Below the pieces are notes generated by a model. The model was not told the origin of the DNA. It saw nothing but the letters and a program-made list of their open reading frames with translations, and did not search any database. DNA of 64,000 nt from positions 32,001 through 96,000 of the forward strand of contig CAVTHS010000008.1 of the NCBI GenBank assembly GCA_963734535.1, read 5' to 3'. Origin of the DNA: an uncultured Chloroflexia bacterium (GTDB lineage: Bacteria; Chloroflexota; Limnocylindria; Limnocylindrales; CSP1-4). Below are positions 30,549 to 40,442 of the stretch, one piece after another. The translations under genes were made by a program, and so were the position numbers. The first letter of the stretch is position 1; every line of letters begins with the position of its first letter.

Positions 30549-31931
30549 TCAGCGGGCGTCCGTCGTCCGGTGCCGGGCCGCGATCCAGGCCGCGTCCGCC
30601 GCAAGCTCACCGTGGGCCGGCCCGAAAGCCCAGAACGCCTCGAGGTCCGGGTGGCCGGCCGCGGCCCAGCGGGCGAACCTGCCGGCCGCCTCGGCGACCA
30701 GCGCGACCACGGCCGCGCGCTCGGCGGAGGCGGGTGCGTCGGCCCAGAGCGCGGCGAGGATGGCGGGCACGTCCGCGGCGGCCGCCGGACCCTTCGTCAG
30801 GCGCGCCAGCGCGGCCGCCGCCCCGAACGCATACCGCTCGGGCGTCACGCCCATCGCCAGGGCGACCCGCATGGTGCCGATCAGCCGGTCGCTCCAGGCG
30901 AGCTTGCGGGCCGGGTCCCGGCCGACCCGCTCGATCGTGTCCCCCAGGTTCGGATTCACCATCCGCACCAGCAGGTCGTCGGCGTAGGCTGAGTATCCGG
31001 CGGGCGTGAAGAGCGGGTCGACTCCGGCGTGCTTCGCCACCAGGGCACTGCCGGACTCCCCGATGAATGCCGCGCGCAGGAACGCCATCACGCCCGGCAC
31101 CGACGCAAGGTCGGCGATGGTCCGGGCACCGATAGCGAACCCGAGATAGGCCGCCAGCGCATGCGTCGCGTTGTGGCCGTAGAGCTTCGCCTCCTCGAAC
31201 GGCAGGAGGTCGGGCCGCTCCACGAAGACGGCGATGCCCCGCTGGAAGGGCGGCTGGCCGGGGGTCTCCCCGAAGCGGACCTGCGAGACCAGGATCCGAT
31301 TGAACTCCTCGACGAGGAACCCGCGCGGAGCGCCAGGCACCATCATCGCCAGTTGCCCGCCTGCCGGGGCATCGCCGTCCGCGACGACGCCGCTCATCTT
31401 CCCGATCACGGTGTTCAGGAAGCGCACCCGCGCGCCGGCGGCCGCCCGCTCGCCCGCCGGCAGCTCGCCCATCACCGCCGCCTCGAGGATCTCGGCCGCG
31501 TGGTTGTGATTCTCCGCGGCGTAGACGACCGCCCGCGGGCCACCCCCGGCGGCCTTGCGCCGCAGGCCCGCCGCCAGGACCGCGCACACGCTGGCCGCGC
31601 CAGCGTCGCCGTAGTTGGCGACGCCCGGCACGGCCGTGCCGACCTCCTGTGCCACGGCGATCGCGTCGACCAGGCGCTCTCGGTCCGCCGGGTCGGCCGG
31701 GTCCAGGATCTCGACCGGGCCGACCTCCGCGCGCTCGATCCGGTCGGCGTGCGCGATGTTCACGGCGTAGCGTCCGCCCGCGGCGCGAACCGCCCGGACC
31801 GTGTCCGGCGCGACCTCCGCCACCACCAACCGCCCAAACGCGCCCGACTGGTGGGCCTCGGCGAGGAACAGGCCCGCCTGGATGGCTCCGAAGCCGAACC
31901 CGACGTAGGTGCGCGGTCGTGCCGTATTCAC
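30549..31931 (-). CDS. Mannitol-1-phosphate/altronate dehydrogenase-like (MtlD family)
   Basis: GFGFGAIQAG, AAEN, EEAKLYGHNATHA, DTIERVGRDPARKL..DRL. Confidence 0.85.
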   Translation of the reverse strand: MNTARPRTYVGFGFGAIQAGLFLAEAHQSGAFGRLVVAEVAPDTVRAVRAAGGRYAVNIAHADRIERAEVGPVEILDPADPADRERLVDAIAVAQEVGTAVPGVANYGDAGAASVCAVLAAGLRRKAAGGGPRAVVYAAENHNHAAEILEAAVMGELPAGERAAAGARVRFLNTVIGKMSGVVADGDAPAGGQLAMMVPGAPRGFLVEEFNRILVSQVRFGETPGQPPFQRGIAVFVERPDLLPFEEAKLYGHNATHALAAYLGFAIGARTIADLASVPGVMAFLRAAFIGESGSALVAKHAGVDPLFTPAGYSAYADDLLVRMVNPNLGDTIERVGRDPARKLAWSDRLIGTMRVALAMGVTPERYAFGAAAALARLTKGPAAAADVPAILAALWADAPASAERAAVVALVAEAAGRFARWAAAGHPDLEAFWAFGPAHGELAADAAWIAARHRTTDAR

Positions 31932-33223
31932 TTCCCAGCGCCCGCGAGATAGGCCGCCTCGTCGGCCGCCGTCCAGGCCGGCACCGTCCGGATCGTGTCA
32001 GTCCGACGGTGGGGGTAGACGACTGCCTTGCCATCGATCTCACGCGCTTCCACGAGCCGGAGCAGGTCGGGCGCGTGTGCCAGGTCACCGATCCGCGTGA
32101 TGTGCGCCCCGGCATCGATCGATCCGGTCGACATCAGGTCGAGCGTGCGCGCGATGTCCCAGGCGTAGCCGCCGCTCGAACCAGTGACGTTGACCTCCTG
32201 GTAATGGATGGTCCGGGTGTCCAGCCCAACGATCTCGTGGCCCTTCGGGAGCCCGCCGAAGAGGTTCAGCACGGCGCCTCGACCGAGATAGCCCGGCGCG
32301 GCGGCGATTGCCTGGGCGGAGCCGACCGCGACGATCACGTCGTCGGCACCCCGGTGGCCGGTCAGGTCCAGGACGACCTCGCGAATGTCCTGCCGGCCGG
32401 CGTTCACGGTCCGCAGCTCGATCCCGGCCACCTGGGCGCGTTGGCCGAACAAGCGCTGCACCAGCTCGAGGCGGTCCTCGAGCATGTCAGCGCAGAGGAT
32501 CACGCGCGGGCGATGCTGCAGCGCCACCTCGACGTGCATCCGGCCCATCACGCCTGCCCCGATCACGACCGTGACACCGTCCGGTCGGAGGCCCTTGTGG
32601 ACCGTGCGCGGCGCAAGGGCACCCTGACGCGAGAGGTGGAGGTGGTGATCCTGGGCGGAGACGACGCACGAGAGCGGCTCGCTCACCGCGACGTGCGCGG
32701 CGGCCGGCGCCGGATCGGGCAAGGGCAGCAGGCAGCCGGCCGCCAGGGTCTCCTCCGGGATCAGCACGTACTCGGCCAGGAAGCCCGGCAGGGTATAGCC
32801 GGCCGCGACCTTCTCGACCCCACGTCCGCCCTCCCGATAGCGTCCCAGGTGGTTGACAGGGGGAACGTCGACCGCCGGCTGCACGGCAAAACGGGTTCCG
32901 GCCGTGTATTCGCCGCGGAGCGACTCGCCGACTTCGATCAGCGTGACGGCACCCTCGTCGCCCAGGATCAGCGGCCAGCGGGTCACGTCCCAGCCGTACA
33001 CCAGGCTGTGTGCCGGCCCCTGTGCGATGAGCTTGAGCAGCGACGTGCAGATCCCGGCGGCGTCGACGCGCGCGAGCAGCTGGGTCGGGCCCGGCCGAGG
33101 CACCGGGATCCGCTCGACACGCAGGTGTTCCCAGCCGACCCCGTCGAGGATGAGCGCCCGCATCTCGAGCGGGATCGCCACCTGGCCGGCCAGTCGCTCG
33201 GCGGGAGATTGTTCGCTGTGCAT
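31928..33223 (-). CDS. MDR-family dehydrogenase (SorE/L-sorbose-1-phosphate reductase-like)
   Basis: VDAAGICTS, PLILGDEG, GYTLPGFLAEY, SEPLSCV, IGAGVMG, IHYQEVNVTGSSG. Confidence 0.85.
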   Translation of the reverse strand: MHSEQSPAERLAGQVAIPLEMRALILDGVGWEHLRVERIPVPRPGPTQLLARVDAAGICTSLLKLIAQGPAHSLVYGWDVTRWPLILGDEGAVTLIEVGESLRGEYTAGTRFAVQPAVDVPPVNHLGRYREGGRGVEKVAAGYTLPGFLAEYVLIPEETLAAGCLLPLPDPAPAAAHVAVSEPLSCVVSAQDHHLHLSRQGALAPRTVHKGLRPDGVTVVIGAGVMGRMHVEVALQHRPRVILCADMLEDRLELVQRLFGQRAQVAGIELRTVNAGRQDIREVVLDLTGHRGADDVIVAVGSAQAIAAAPGYLGRGAVLNLFGGLPKGHEIVGLDTRTIHYQEVNVTGSSGGYAWDIARTLDLMSTGSIDAGAHITRIGDLAHAPDLLRLVEAREIDGKAVVYPHRRTDTIRTVPAWTAADEAAYLAGAGK

Positions 33224-33289
33224 CCGATGCTCCCGATGGGGTGACGTGACGGTTGCGTGCTGGTGGGCTGTCCTGGTGGGCTGTTGTGG

Positions 33290-33515
33290 CCGGATCGTCC
33301 AGCCAAGGCTCATCGAGCAGGAGCTCGATGAGCTGATGCCCGGTGTCGCCGCAATCTCACTCGAGGGTCCGAAGGCCGTTGGAAAGACAGCCACGGCGCT
33401 GCGACGTTCGACCACGGTATTCCGGCTCGATGATCCCGCGCAACTCGAGGTCGTCATGGCCAGGCCGGAGCGTCTGGTTGCTGGCCCGCCGAAACGCTCA
33501 TCGACGAATGGCCTG
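33290..33515 (+). pseudogene. N-terminal remnant of an AAA_14/DUF4143-type ATPase
   Basis: PRLIEQELDELMPGVAAISLEGPKAVGKTATA...LDDP, then LIDEW in a shifted frame; truncated before the convergent DUF2283 gene. Confidence 0.65.
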
Positions 33516-33520
33516 AGTCG

Positions 33521-33859
33521 TCAGTGCATGCGGCGGGAGCGCTTCTGCCGCTGACGTCCGCCGCCTGCGCTGAGCTGGGCCGCCAGGCGCCGCCCGACGC
33601 GCTCGTCGAAGCGGCCCGCGAGGCTCCGGCCATCCGTCTGCTCGGCGGTCGCGAGCAGCGCCGCAGGAAGGCAGGCGCTGGCGCGCTGGAATTCGAGGCC
33701 CACGGCGCGCCCGTCGGCAAGCGAGAAGTCGAGCGCGACGAAGCCCCCGAACTCGCGGTCCGTCTCGAGCAGCAGCGTCGGACCGACCAGCTCTCCCTGG
33801 GCGAGCGGGCGCAGGGACAGGTATGCGACGTCCGTCGTCGCATCGTACGTGAGGCGCAT
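33521..33859 (-). CDS. DUF2283 domain-containing protein
   Basis: MRLTYDATTDVAYLSL...ALDF..DGRAVGLEF..AS; GGAGG RBS. Confidence 0.75.
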   Translation of the reverse strand: MRLTYDATTDVAYLSLRPLAQGELVGPTLLLETDREFGGFVALDFSLADGRAVGLEFQRASACLPAALLATAEQTDGRSLAGRFDERVGRRLAAQLSAGGGRQRQKRSRRMH

Positions 33860-34139
33860 CGACCCTCCGGCGATTGCCCTCGACACGGGGGCACGATCGA
33901 CGTAGAAGGTCACGGCCCGCGCCCCGGAATTCTCGTCACCAGCGGAGGATCGCGCCTCCGTGTGCCAGCTCGGCTGGCACGACATGGCCCGTCGCCCTGA
34001 CTGTGCAGAACTCGAGGGATCGCGGGGACTGGTACGACGCCCGGATCGCTCCTCGTGCCCCACCCCGCATCCTCCGCAACCCTCGGCGCTAGAGTCGACG
34101 GGACATCGCCACCGAACCACCGCGAGGAACGAGGAGCAC

Positions 34140-34514
34140 ATGACCGAGATCGAGATCGCTGACGGTCACCTGCGCGTGGTGGTCGAGGGGTTCGACAAGG
34201 TGCTCGCCCTCAAGAGCAGCGTGGAGGTGCCGCTCACCCATGTCCGGGGCGCGTCGCAGGATCCGGACGCGCTCCGCGAGCGGCATGGGTTGCGCCTTGG
34301 GGGCACCTCGCTCCCGGGCGTCATCGCGGCGGGCACGTTCTTCGACGGGCGGTGGTGGTTCCTGGACGTCCACCACCCCGAGGATGCGGTGAGGATCGAC
34401 CTCGACCACGAGCACTACGCCGCCCTCATCGTGGAAGTCGAGAACCCCGAGGAAACCGTGGCGGCGATCAACGCGGCCGTCGCGGCCCTGGCATCGAGCG
34501 GACCTGCTCACTGA
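34140..34514 (+). CDS. Conserved hypothetical protein (bacterial PH-like)
   Basis: DKVLALKSSVEVPLTHV..GTSLPGVIAAGTF...LDHEHYAALIVEV; GAGGAG RBS. Confidence 0.8.
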   Translation: MTEIEIADGHLRVVVEGFDKVLALKSSVEVPLTHVRGASQDPDALRERHGLRLGGTSLPGVIAAGTFFDGRWWFLDVHHPEDAVRIDLDHEHYAALIVEVENPEETVAAINAAVAALASSGPAH

Positions 34515-34715
34515 GCGGCCGCCCGGGCTGCGAGAGCTCTGCCGCAACCCGCTGGCGGATGGCTCCGAGATCACGGGTTCACTGGTCGGCGCGAGCGTTC
34601 CACCTGCTGGCCCCGCCCGCGACTCGAGGTACGCCCACCCCCATACTCGCCCCTTCGCACCGGGGGGCGTCCCTGCCATCAGGCTGTCGAGACGCGCCTC
34701 CATCAGGGGGCTGGC

Positions 34716-34982
34716 ATGCCGAAGGTCGTCATCACGCACAAGGTCGTGGACATCGAGCGGTGGCTGAAGGGCAAGGCCGAGCGGGCCGCCGTCGTCGGGG
34801 CATACGCCACGAACGTGACGGATCACGTCGCGATGGACGGGAGCAACAACATCGCCGTCACGGCCGACGTTCACGACCTGGCGGGCGCGCAGGCAATGAT
34901 GGCCTCGCCGTCGCCTGAGGATGCGGCCGCGATGGAACGGCACGGGGTCATCCCCCCGCTGACCGTGTACGTCGAGAAGTAG
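34716..34982 (+). CDS. Small hypothetical protein (dimeric alpha/beta barrel-like)
   Basis: THKVVDIERW...AAMERHGV; coding-like composition. Confidence 0.7.
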   Translation: MPKVVITHKVVDIERWLKGKAERAAVVGAYATNVTDHVAMDGSNNIAVTADVHDLAGAQAMMASPSPEDAAAMERHGVIPPLTVYVEK

Positions 34983-35166
34983 TCCGACCCCGGGAGCCGG
35001 GCGCCGCGAGAGCCCGTAGGGGTCGCGGCGCCTGGCTGGAGAGCTCCTGGCCGGCAGGTCATCAACGACGGTCTCACCTGCCGAGGGGTCGCGACGCCGA
35101 GTTCTCCGGGCCGCCGGGGGCGCAGCAGGCTCACGACGACGGCACAAGAAGGACGGAGGCACGAAC

Positions 35167-35835
35167 GTGGAGCGGCATCTTGTCGATGCGGTGTTGGACG
35201 CCGCCGCGAGAGTGGTCGCGGGCGGAGCCATCTCGGCGAACGGGCACGGCAACGTCAGTCTGCGTGTCCCGGGCGCGGACGAGATGTACTACACGGCCGC
35301 CCCGTCCCTGAAGGGCCTGGGGCCGGACGGCATCGTCCGCGTTGCGCTCGACGGGACGCTGCTGGAGGGCAACCTGCCCCCGATCCAGGGCGCCGTCGTG
35401 GCGATGCACACGGCGATGTACCGGGACCATCCCGATGTTGGCTGCGTCGCGCACACGCATTCGCCATATGCCACCGCGTTTGCCGTCGCCAACCGTCCGA
35501 TCGCCTGCTGGCTCGAGGCGCTCGCGATGTTCGGGCTGGCCGACGGGGTGCCGGTCGCCGCCTACGGTCCACGAGGATCGGAGCAGGCCGTCGCCAACAT
35601 CCGCGCGGCGGTACGACCGGGTGTGCCGGCGGTGCTGCTCGCCAATCATGGGGTGCTCGTGTTCCACCGCACGCCGGACCTCGCGATCCTCGTCGGTGGG
35701 GTCATCGAGGAGGCCGCGCAGGCGGCGATCAACGCAATGGCGCTGGGCGGTCCGGTTGAGATCGCGGGCGACCTTCGGGCTGCCGCGCTCCAGCGGGCAA
35801 TGGTGTTCGACACGGCCGGGACGAAGAGCGCCTGA
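35167..35835 (+). CDS. Class II aldolase/adducin family protein
   Basis: GNVSLR, MHTAMY, VAHTHSPYAT, LLANHG. Confidence 0.9.
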   Translation: MERHLVDAVLDAAARVVAGGAISANGHGNVSLRVPGADEMYYTAAPSLKGLGPDGIVRVALDGTLLEGNLPPIQGAVVAMHTAMYRDHPDVGCVAHTHSPYATAFAVANRPIACWLEALAMFGLADGVPVAAYGPRGSEQAVANIRAAVRPGVPAVLLANHGVLVFHRTPDLAILVGGVIEEAAQAAINAMALGGPVEIAGDLRAAALQRAMVFDTAGTKSA

Positions 35836-35946
35836 CGCCGCACCCCTCTCCGCCCGGATGCCGCGGCGCACACTGTCCGGAGACGGTAAAGGTCGGCACC
35901 CCGGAAGCGAGTGTCGCGGCGCGACCGCGGAGGTCGTCCTTCGCGG

Positions 35947-37293
35947 TCAGGCGGCTGCGGGCTCGCGACGAGCGGCCCGGCCGCGGCGCGGCTCGACCAC
36001 CGGTCGGAGCGCGACGGCGGCCAGCACATAGAGCGCGAGTGCCACCAGGAGCGAGACGCGCATCCCGACTCCCATGCCGGCGGCCCGGTTGACGATGTCG
36101 GCGATGATGCCGCCGACCGCGACGGAGACCTGTGACGACGCGCCCGTCGCCACGTTGGACAGGCCCATGTACCGCCCCGACGATGCTCGCGGGATGATGT
36201 CGGTCATCAGCGCCCAGTCGACCGCGATGAAGATCCCGCCGCCGATCCCGTACAGGAGCGCCGCGAGGTAGGCGACGGCGAGGTTCGGCGCAAGCGCCCC
36301 GAGGAGCATCGCCACCGCCCCGATCGCGCAGCTGACGTAGATCACGGGCTTCCGGCCGAATTGGTCGGAAAGCCGCCCCGCGGGAACGCTCACGATGACG
36401 ATCGCGATGACGATCAGGATCGACATCGTCCGCTGCGCGCCGGCGGCCTCGTCCTGCGGCAGGCCGTGCACCTGCGAGAGGTACTGCACGGCAAGGTTGA
36501 ACAGGATCCCGCCAGCGGTCAGGAACAGGAACCGCGAGGCGAGCAGCCACAGGTAGGAATGCTCCCGAAGGATGTCGGTCGCCCACGTCTCCCGGGCGAT
36601 CCGCGCCCACGACCTGCCCTCGCGCGGCCGTGGAGGCAGGCCGTTGCCCACCCGCAGGACCACGCTCGCCATCGTCACCAGCTCCACCACGGCGACGGCG
36701 ATCAGCGCGATCGGCAGGCTGCCCGCCTGGACCGCGAACGTGGCGAGCAGGACGCCCGTGACGTTGCCGACGATCTGCATCATCCCGACGAGTGCGCTCG
36801 CCAGCCCGACCTGCTTCTCGGCGACCAGATCCGGCACGTAGCCCTGGAACGGACCGCGCGCGATGTTCGTGCTCACCGAGAGCAGCGCCACGAACGCCGC
36901 GAGCGAGAGCAGCGTGTTGGAGTACGCGATCCCGAGCAGGAACAGGACGTCCAGCAGGGACCCGACGACGATGAACGGCTTGCGCCGCCCCCAGCGGGTG
37001 ACCGCGAAGTCGCTGATGTAGCCGACGGTCGGCTGGACGAGGATAGAGAGGATGGCGCCGGCCAGCCCCACCAGGGCTGTGGTCGTGCCGATCATCAGCT
37101 CGTCCGGCATCAGCGTGCGGTCGAAGTTGATCCGGTTCTGGACCACGATGTTGACCGCCGAGTCGATCGCGGTCAGGCCCAGCCAGTAGGCGGAGATCCG
37201 CAGCAGGTGCGAGGCGGGCAGGAGCGTCGTGGGCCTGGAGCCGTCCTCCCCGCCGGGCGTGGCGCCCATCGCGATCGTCGCCGTCTCGTCCAC
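35947..37293 (-). CDS. MFS transporter (sucrose/GPH-like)
   Basis: QPTVGYISD...RWGRRKPF, GRLSDQFGRK, ~12 TM segments. Confidence 0.9.
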   Translation of the reverse strand: MDETATIAMGATPGGEDGSRPTTLLPASHLLRISAYWLGLTAIDSAVNIVVQNRINFDRTLMPDELMIGTTTALVGLAGAILSILVQPTVGYISDFAVTRWGRRKPFIVVGSLLDVLFLLGIAYSNTLLSLAAFVALLSVSTNIARGPFQGYVPDLVAEKQVGLASALVGMMQIVGNVTGVLLATFAVQAGSLPIALIAVAVVELVTMASVVLRVGNGLPPRPREGRSWARIARETWATDILREHSYLWLLASRFLFLTAGGILFNLAVQYLSQVHGLPQDEAAGAQRTMSILIVIAIVIVSVPAGRLSDQFGRKPVIYVSCAIGAVAMLLGALAPNLAVAYLAALLYGIGGGIFIAVDWALMTDIIPRASSGRYMGLSNVATGASSQVSVAVGGIIADIVNRAAGMGVGMRVSLLVALALYVLAAVALRPVVEPRRGRAARREPAAA

Positions 37294-37491
37294 GTTCGCC
37301 TCCCAGACCCCGGGGTCAGGTCACCGCTCGTCGTTCGCGGGTTGCTGGTGAGACGTGCGAGCGCGCGGTTCGTTGCGGTCGCCGGTTCTCACGGGCCCCG
37401 CCATCCCCCAGCAACAAACGAAGGATCGGCGCGTCACACGGGCCAGCAGACCGGGACCGCGAGCTGATCTCGTCGACGACGCCGGGTGGGC

Positions 37492-39849
37492 TTACGCCCT
37501 TCGGGCGCCGGGCGGCGCGGGGTTGCGACCGACCACGTCGGCGATGACGAAACCCGCGAGGAGGACGCCGAGCGCGGCGCCGGTCTCGCCCAGGAGGTCC
37601 GGGCGGCCAAGCCCGATCGCAACAGCGACCGCGATCGCCACGGCCCCCAGGAGCAGGAACTCGAGCCAGATCGTCCGCCGGCGGAACATCGTCGACGATC
37701 GCCGACGGGCGATCGATCGCTCCGACTCGTCCCAGGCGGCCCAGCGCCAGGCCCCGATCCGGGCGAGCACCTGGTACACGGCGATCGCGACGGCGGTCGC
37801 GGCGACGACCTTCCGAATGTTCGCGTCGACGATCACGCCGCCGACCGCGATCGCGGCGACGGCGAGCGCTCCCAGGAGGATCGCGAGCCGTGTCGGGATC
37901 GGCATCGCGCGACCAACTGCGTCGAAGCCGCGCCGCAACGGCCCGACCGCGAGGACGACGAAGATCGCCAGCACGATGACGAACCCGTTCCGCAGCGGGG
38001 TGTCGCCGAGCCGCTCGGCGAGCGACGAGACGCCGCGAACCGGGTCGTGGGCCTCCGCCGCCCGCACGCCGAGCGCCATGACGAGCCCGACGAAGAACAC
38101 GCCGGCGTCAAGGAAGACGAAGACCCCCTTCCGCCAGCCGGACCAGATCTCCGATCGACCGATCGGCAGGATCGCCTGCACGATCGCGAGCAGGTAGAGC
38201 ACGGCGAACAGCGACGCGGCGGCCGTGACGAACCACTCGGCGCCCGGTGACGGCACCAGTCGATGGAGTGCGGAGATGAGCTCGCTCGAGCCGGGCACGA
38301 ACGTCGCGATCGAGCGGGCCACGTCGCGCAGCTCGGGGATGAGTCCCCCGGATGGCGTGAGGAACGCGGTCATGATCGCCATGAGCGGCACCACGAACAT
38401 GAGCCGCCGCCAGAGCGCGAGGATGAAGACGCGCTGCTGCCGTCGCTCGATGCGCGCCTCCCGTTCCGGCGCGAAGCGGGACGGCGCTCCGGGTCGGCCG
38501 GCCGTCTCGATCTCGGAGAGAAGCTCGCCGACGAACTCCTCGTCGTTCGAGAAGTACGTGGTGTGATCCTCGACGATGCTCATCCGGTTCCAGACTTCGG
38601 TGTCCTCGAAGGCAATGCCGGGGGCGGGCGGCGTCGCCGGGTCGGCCTCCTCGAGGCGGCCGGCGGAGGCCGGGTCGTGCGTCGCGTGGAAGTCCCGCCA
38701 GCGGGCGATCCGGAGTGGAAGGCCCCGCTCGATGCGGACCCCGGGGCTGGTCTGGATGTCACCCTCGGCGTGGTGGATCATCCGGCCCATCTCGATCGCC
38801 TGCCCGTGAGTGACCAGGGTGTCCGCCAATTCCGAAAGGGCCGGGTCGGACAGGGTCATGTAGCTGATGATCGCGCCGCCCGAATGCGCAACCACGACGA
38901 CTCGCGCACAACCGAAGGCCCGGAGCGCCTGGATCGTCTTGGCCACCTGCCCGCGAATGTTCGCCGCCTGGACCGGATCGTCGAGGAGGACGTAGACATC
39001 GCCCCAGGAGGCCGTCAGGAACGTGTCGAGTGAGAGCCGGGCGAGAGCGTCCTGGAGCGGCCGATACGGGATGACCCGCGCCGCCGCCCGGAGCAGCGCA
39101 TAGCCCAGCAGCCCGAACGTGACGACGACCGAGACGACGGACGACAGGCCCATCTCGGCGGCGGCCCGCCCCGCGCTGCTGCGCGGATGGGCAGTTGCCC
39201 CCGCCAGCCGTCCGGCGAGCCTGGGCGTCGTGGCGGGCCGCGACCCGGCGGATCCCTCGGATCCCTCCGAGGCCACGGCGGACGTCTGCGACTCCGCGGC
39301 CGCCTTGACCTGGCTCTCGGAGACCATGGATCCCTCGACGATCCGTTCGACGACGGTGGCGACCACGCCGCGCGGCCCGCACCAGTCGATCATGGTCCCG
39401 AGCGTCGGAGGCTCGACGTCCTGTGCCCAGCGCGCCTCGGTCATCACCCATGTCTGGGGGGCAAACGGACCCGCCTCGCCGGTCGTCCCGGGCACGCGGA
39501 TCGTGACCAGCGGCATGCCGGTGCCATCGAAGTCGATCTGCGTCCGGACCACCCGGTCGCTGCTCCAGGTCCGGGTGCCGTCGGGTTGGGCGGGCCGCGA
39601 GGAGGCCCAGTCGGCGACGGCCTGGACGATCGGCCGCGACCACCCGAGGAGGATCTCGGCCCGGGCCTGGTCACCGATCCCGTGGACGAAGACGACGCCC
39701 GTGGTCGAGGCGTCGATCTCGGGGAGGTCAACGGCGGAGGCCGTCGGGGCAGCGGCGACCCCGGTGGCAGCGGAGGCGACCGTGGCGTCCAGGGAATCCG
39801 CGGTTCGCTGGAGCAGGCTCGGGCCCTGCTTGCGGGAGTTGATGCTCAT
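37492..39849 (-). CDS. Alpha/beta-hydrolase-like domain fused to a multi-pass membrane domain
   Basis: VFVHGIGDQ, VVVAHSGG nucleophile elbow, HDP, DHTTY; C-terminal ~8 TM helices. Confidence 0.75.
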   Translation of the reverse strand: MSINSRKQGPSLLQRTADSLDATVASAATGVAAAPTASAVDLPEIDASTTGVVFVHGIGDQARAEILLGWSRPIVQAVADWASSRPAQPDGTRTWSSDRVVRTQIDFDGTGMPLVTIRVPGTTGEAGPFAPQTWVMTEARWAQDVEPPTLGTMIDWCGPRGVVATVVERIVEGSMVSESQVKAAAESQTSAVASEGSEGSAGSRPATTPRLAGRLAGATAHPRSSAGRAAAEMGLSSVVSVVVTFGLLGYALLRAAARVIPYRPLQDALARLSLDTFLTASWGDVYVLLDDPVQAANIRGQVAKTIQALRAFGCARVVVVAHSGGAIISYMTLSDPALSELADTLVTHGQAIEMGRMIHHAEGDIQTSPGVRIERGLPLRIARWRDFHATHDPASAGRLEEADPATPPAPGIAFEDTEVWNRMSIVEDHTTYFSNDEEFVGELLSEIETAGRPGAPSRFAPEREARIERRQQRVFILALWRRLMFVVPLMAIMTAFLTPSGGLIPELRDVARSIATFVPGSSELISALHRLVPSPGAEWFVTAAASLFAVLYLLAIVQAILPIGRSEIWSGWRKGVFVFLDAGVFFVGLVMALGVRAAEAHDPVRGVSSLAERLGDTPLRNGFVIVLAIFVVLAVGPLRRGFDAVGRAMPIPTRLAILLGALAVAAIAVGGVIVDANIRKVVAATAVAIAVYQVLARIGAWRWAAWDESERSIARRRSSTMFRRRTIWLEFLLLGAVAIAVAVAIGLGRPDLLGETGAALGVLLAGFVIADVVGRNPAPPGARRA

Positions 39850-39927
39850 GGCCCCCCATTGCCGATGGCTCCGTGCGCGTCCCCGGCGACCCGGCGCGGC
39901 TCGATCGCTGCGAGCGCGTCCCCTGCG

Positions 39928-40173
39928 CTACGAGGGCGATTGCTTCCTGGCGCGTCGCCGAACCCGCCGTGCCACGGCGGTCGCCGCCAGGCTCACGAGG
40001 AGGCTCGTCAGCACCGGCTGCCACGTCGGGGGTCGCCCACGCCGGATTTCCTCGGTGTCCATGAACACGCCGCGACACGTCGGGCAGCGCCAGGCCCCGG
40101 AGCGCCGCCCAAGCGGCTTCATCACCACCCCGTCCTTTGGACATGTCCACGCGGTGCCTGTCTCGTCCGCCAT
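39928..40173 (-). CDS. zf-TFIIB-like zinc-ribbon protein with C-terminal hydrophobic helix
   Basis: CPKD..M...CPTCRGVFMD; GGAG RBS. Confidence 0.7.
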   Translation of the reverse strand: MADETGTAWTCPKDGVVMKPLGRRSGAWRCPTCRGVFMDTEEIRRGRPPTWQPVLTSLLVSLAATAVARRVRRRARKQSPS

Positions 40174-40442
40174 CAATCTCTCCCTCCGTTGCGCCTGCTC
40201 GCACGGCGAGCCCGATGCACCGCCACGGGTGGCGTCGCCCCGGCACGTCGAGCACCCGCCGCTCGGCGTGCCGGCGTCGCCTGCCGGCACGGTACCGTGC
40301 CCGGGTGCACCTGGGAAGCCCTGTGCCCGGGCGAGGGTGTCGCTCGATCGGAGCAGCGCGCCCTCCCGCATGGCACCATCGCGTGGTCGCCGGTCCACGG
40401 CCACGCCCGGCAGATGCAGCGCGGAGGTCCAGGGAAACCACC

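Noticed and set aside
35038-35125. ZMP/ZTP or SAM-IV riboswitch
   Set aside because: Only fragmentary similarity (CTGGC, GGGG..GCGA); key conserved nucleotides are missing.
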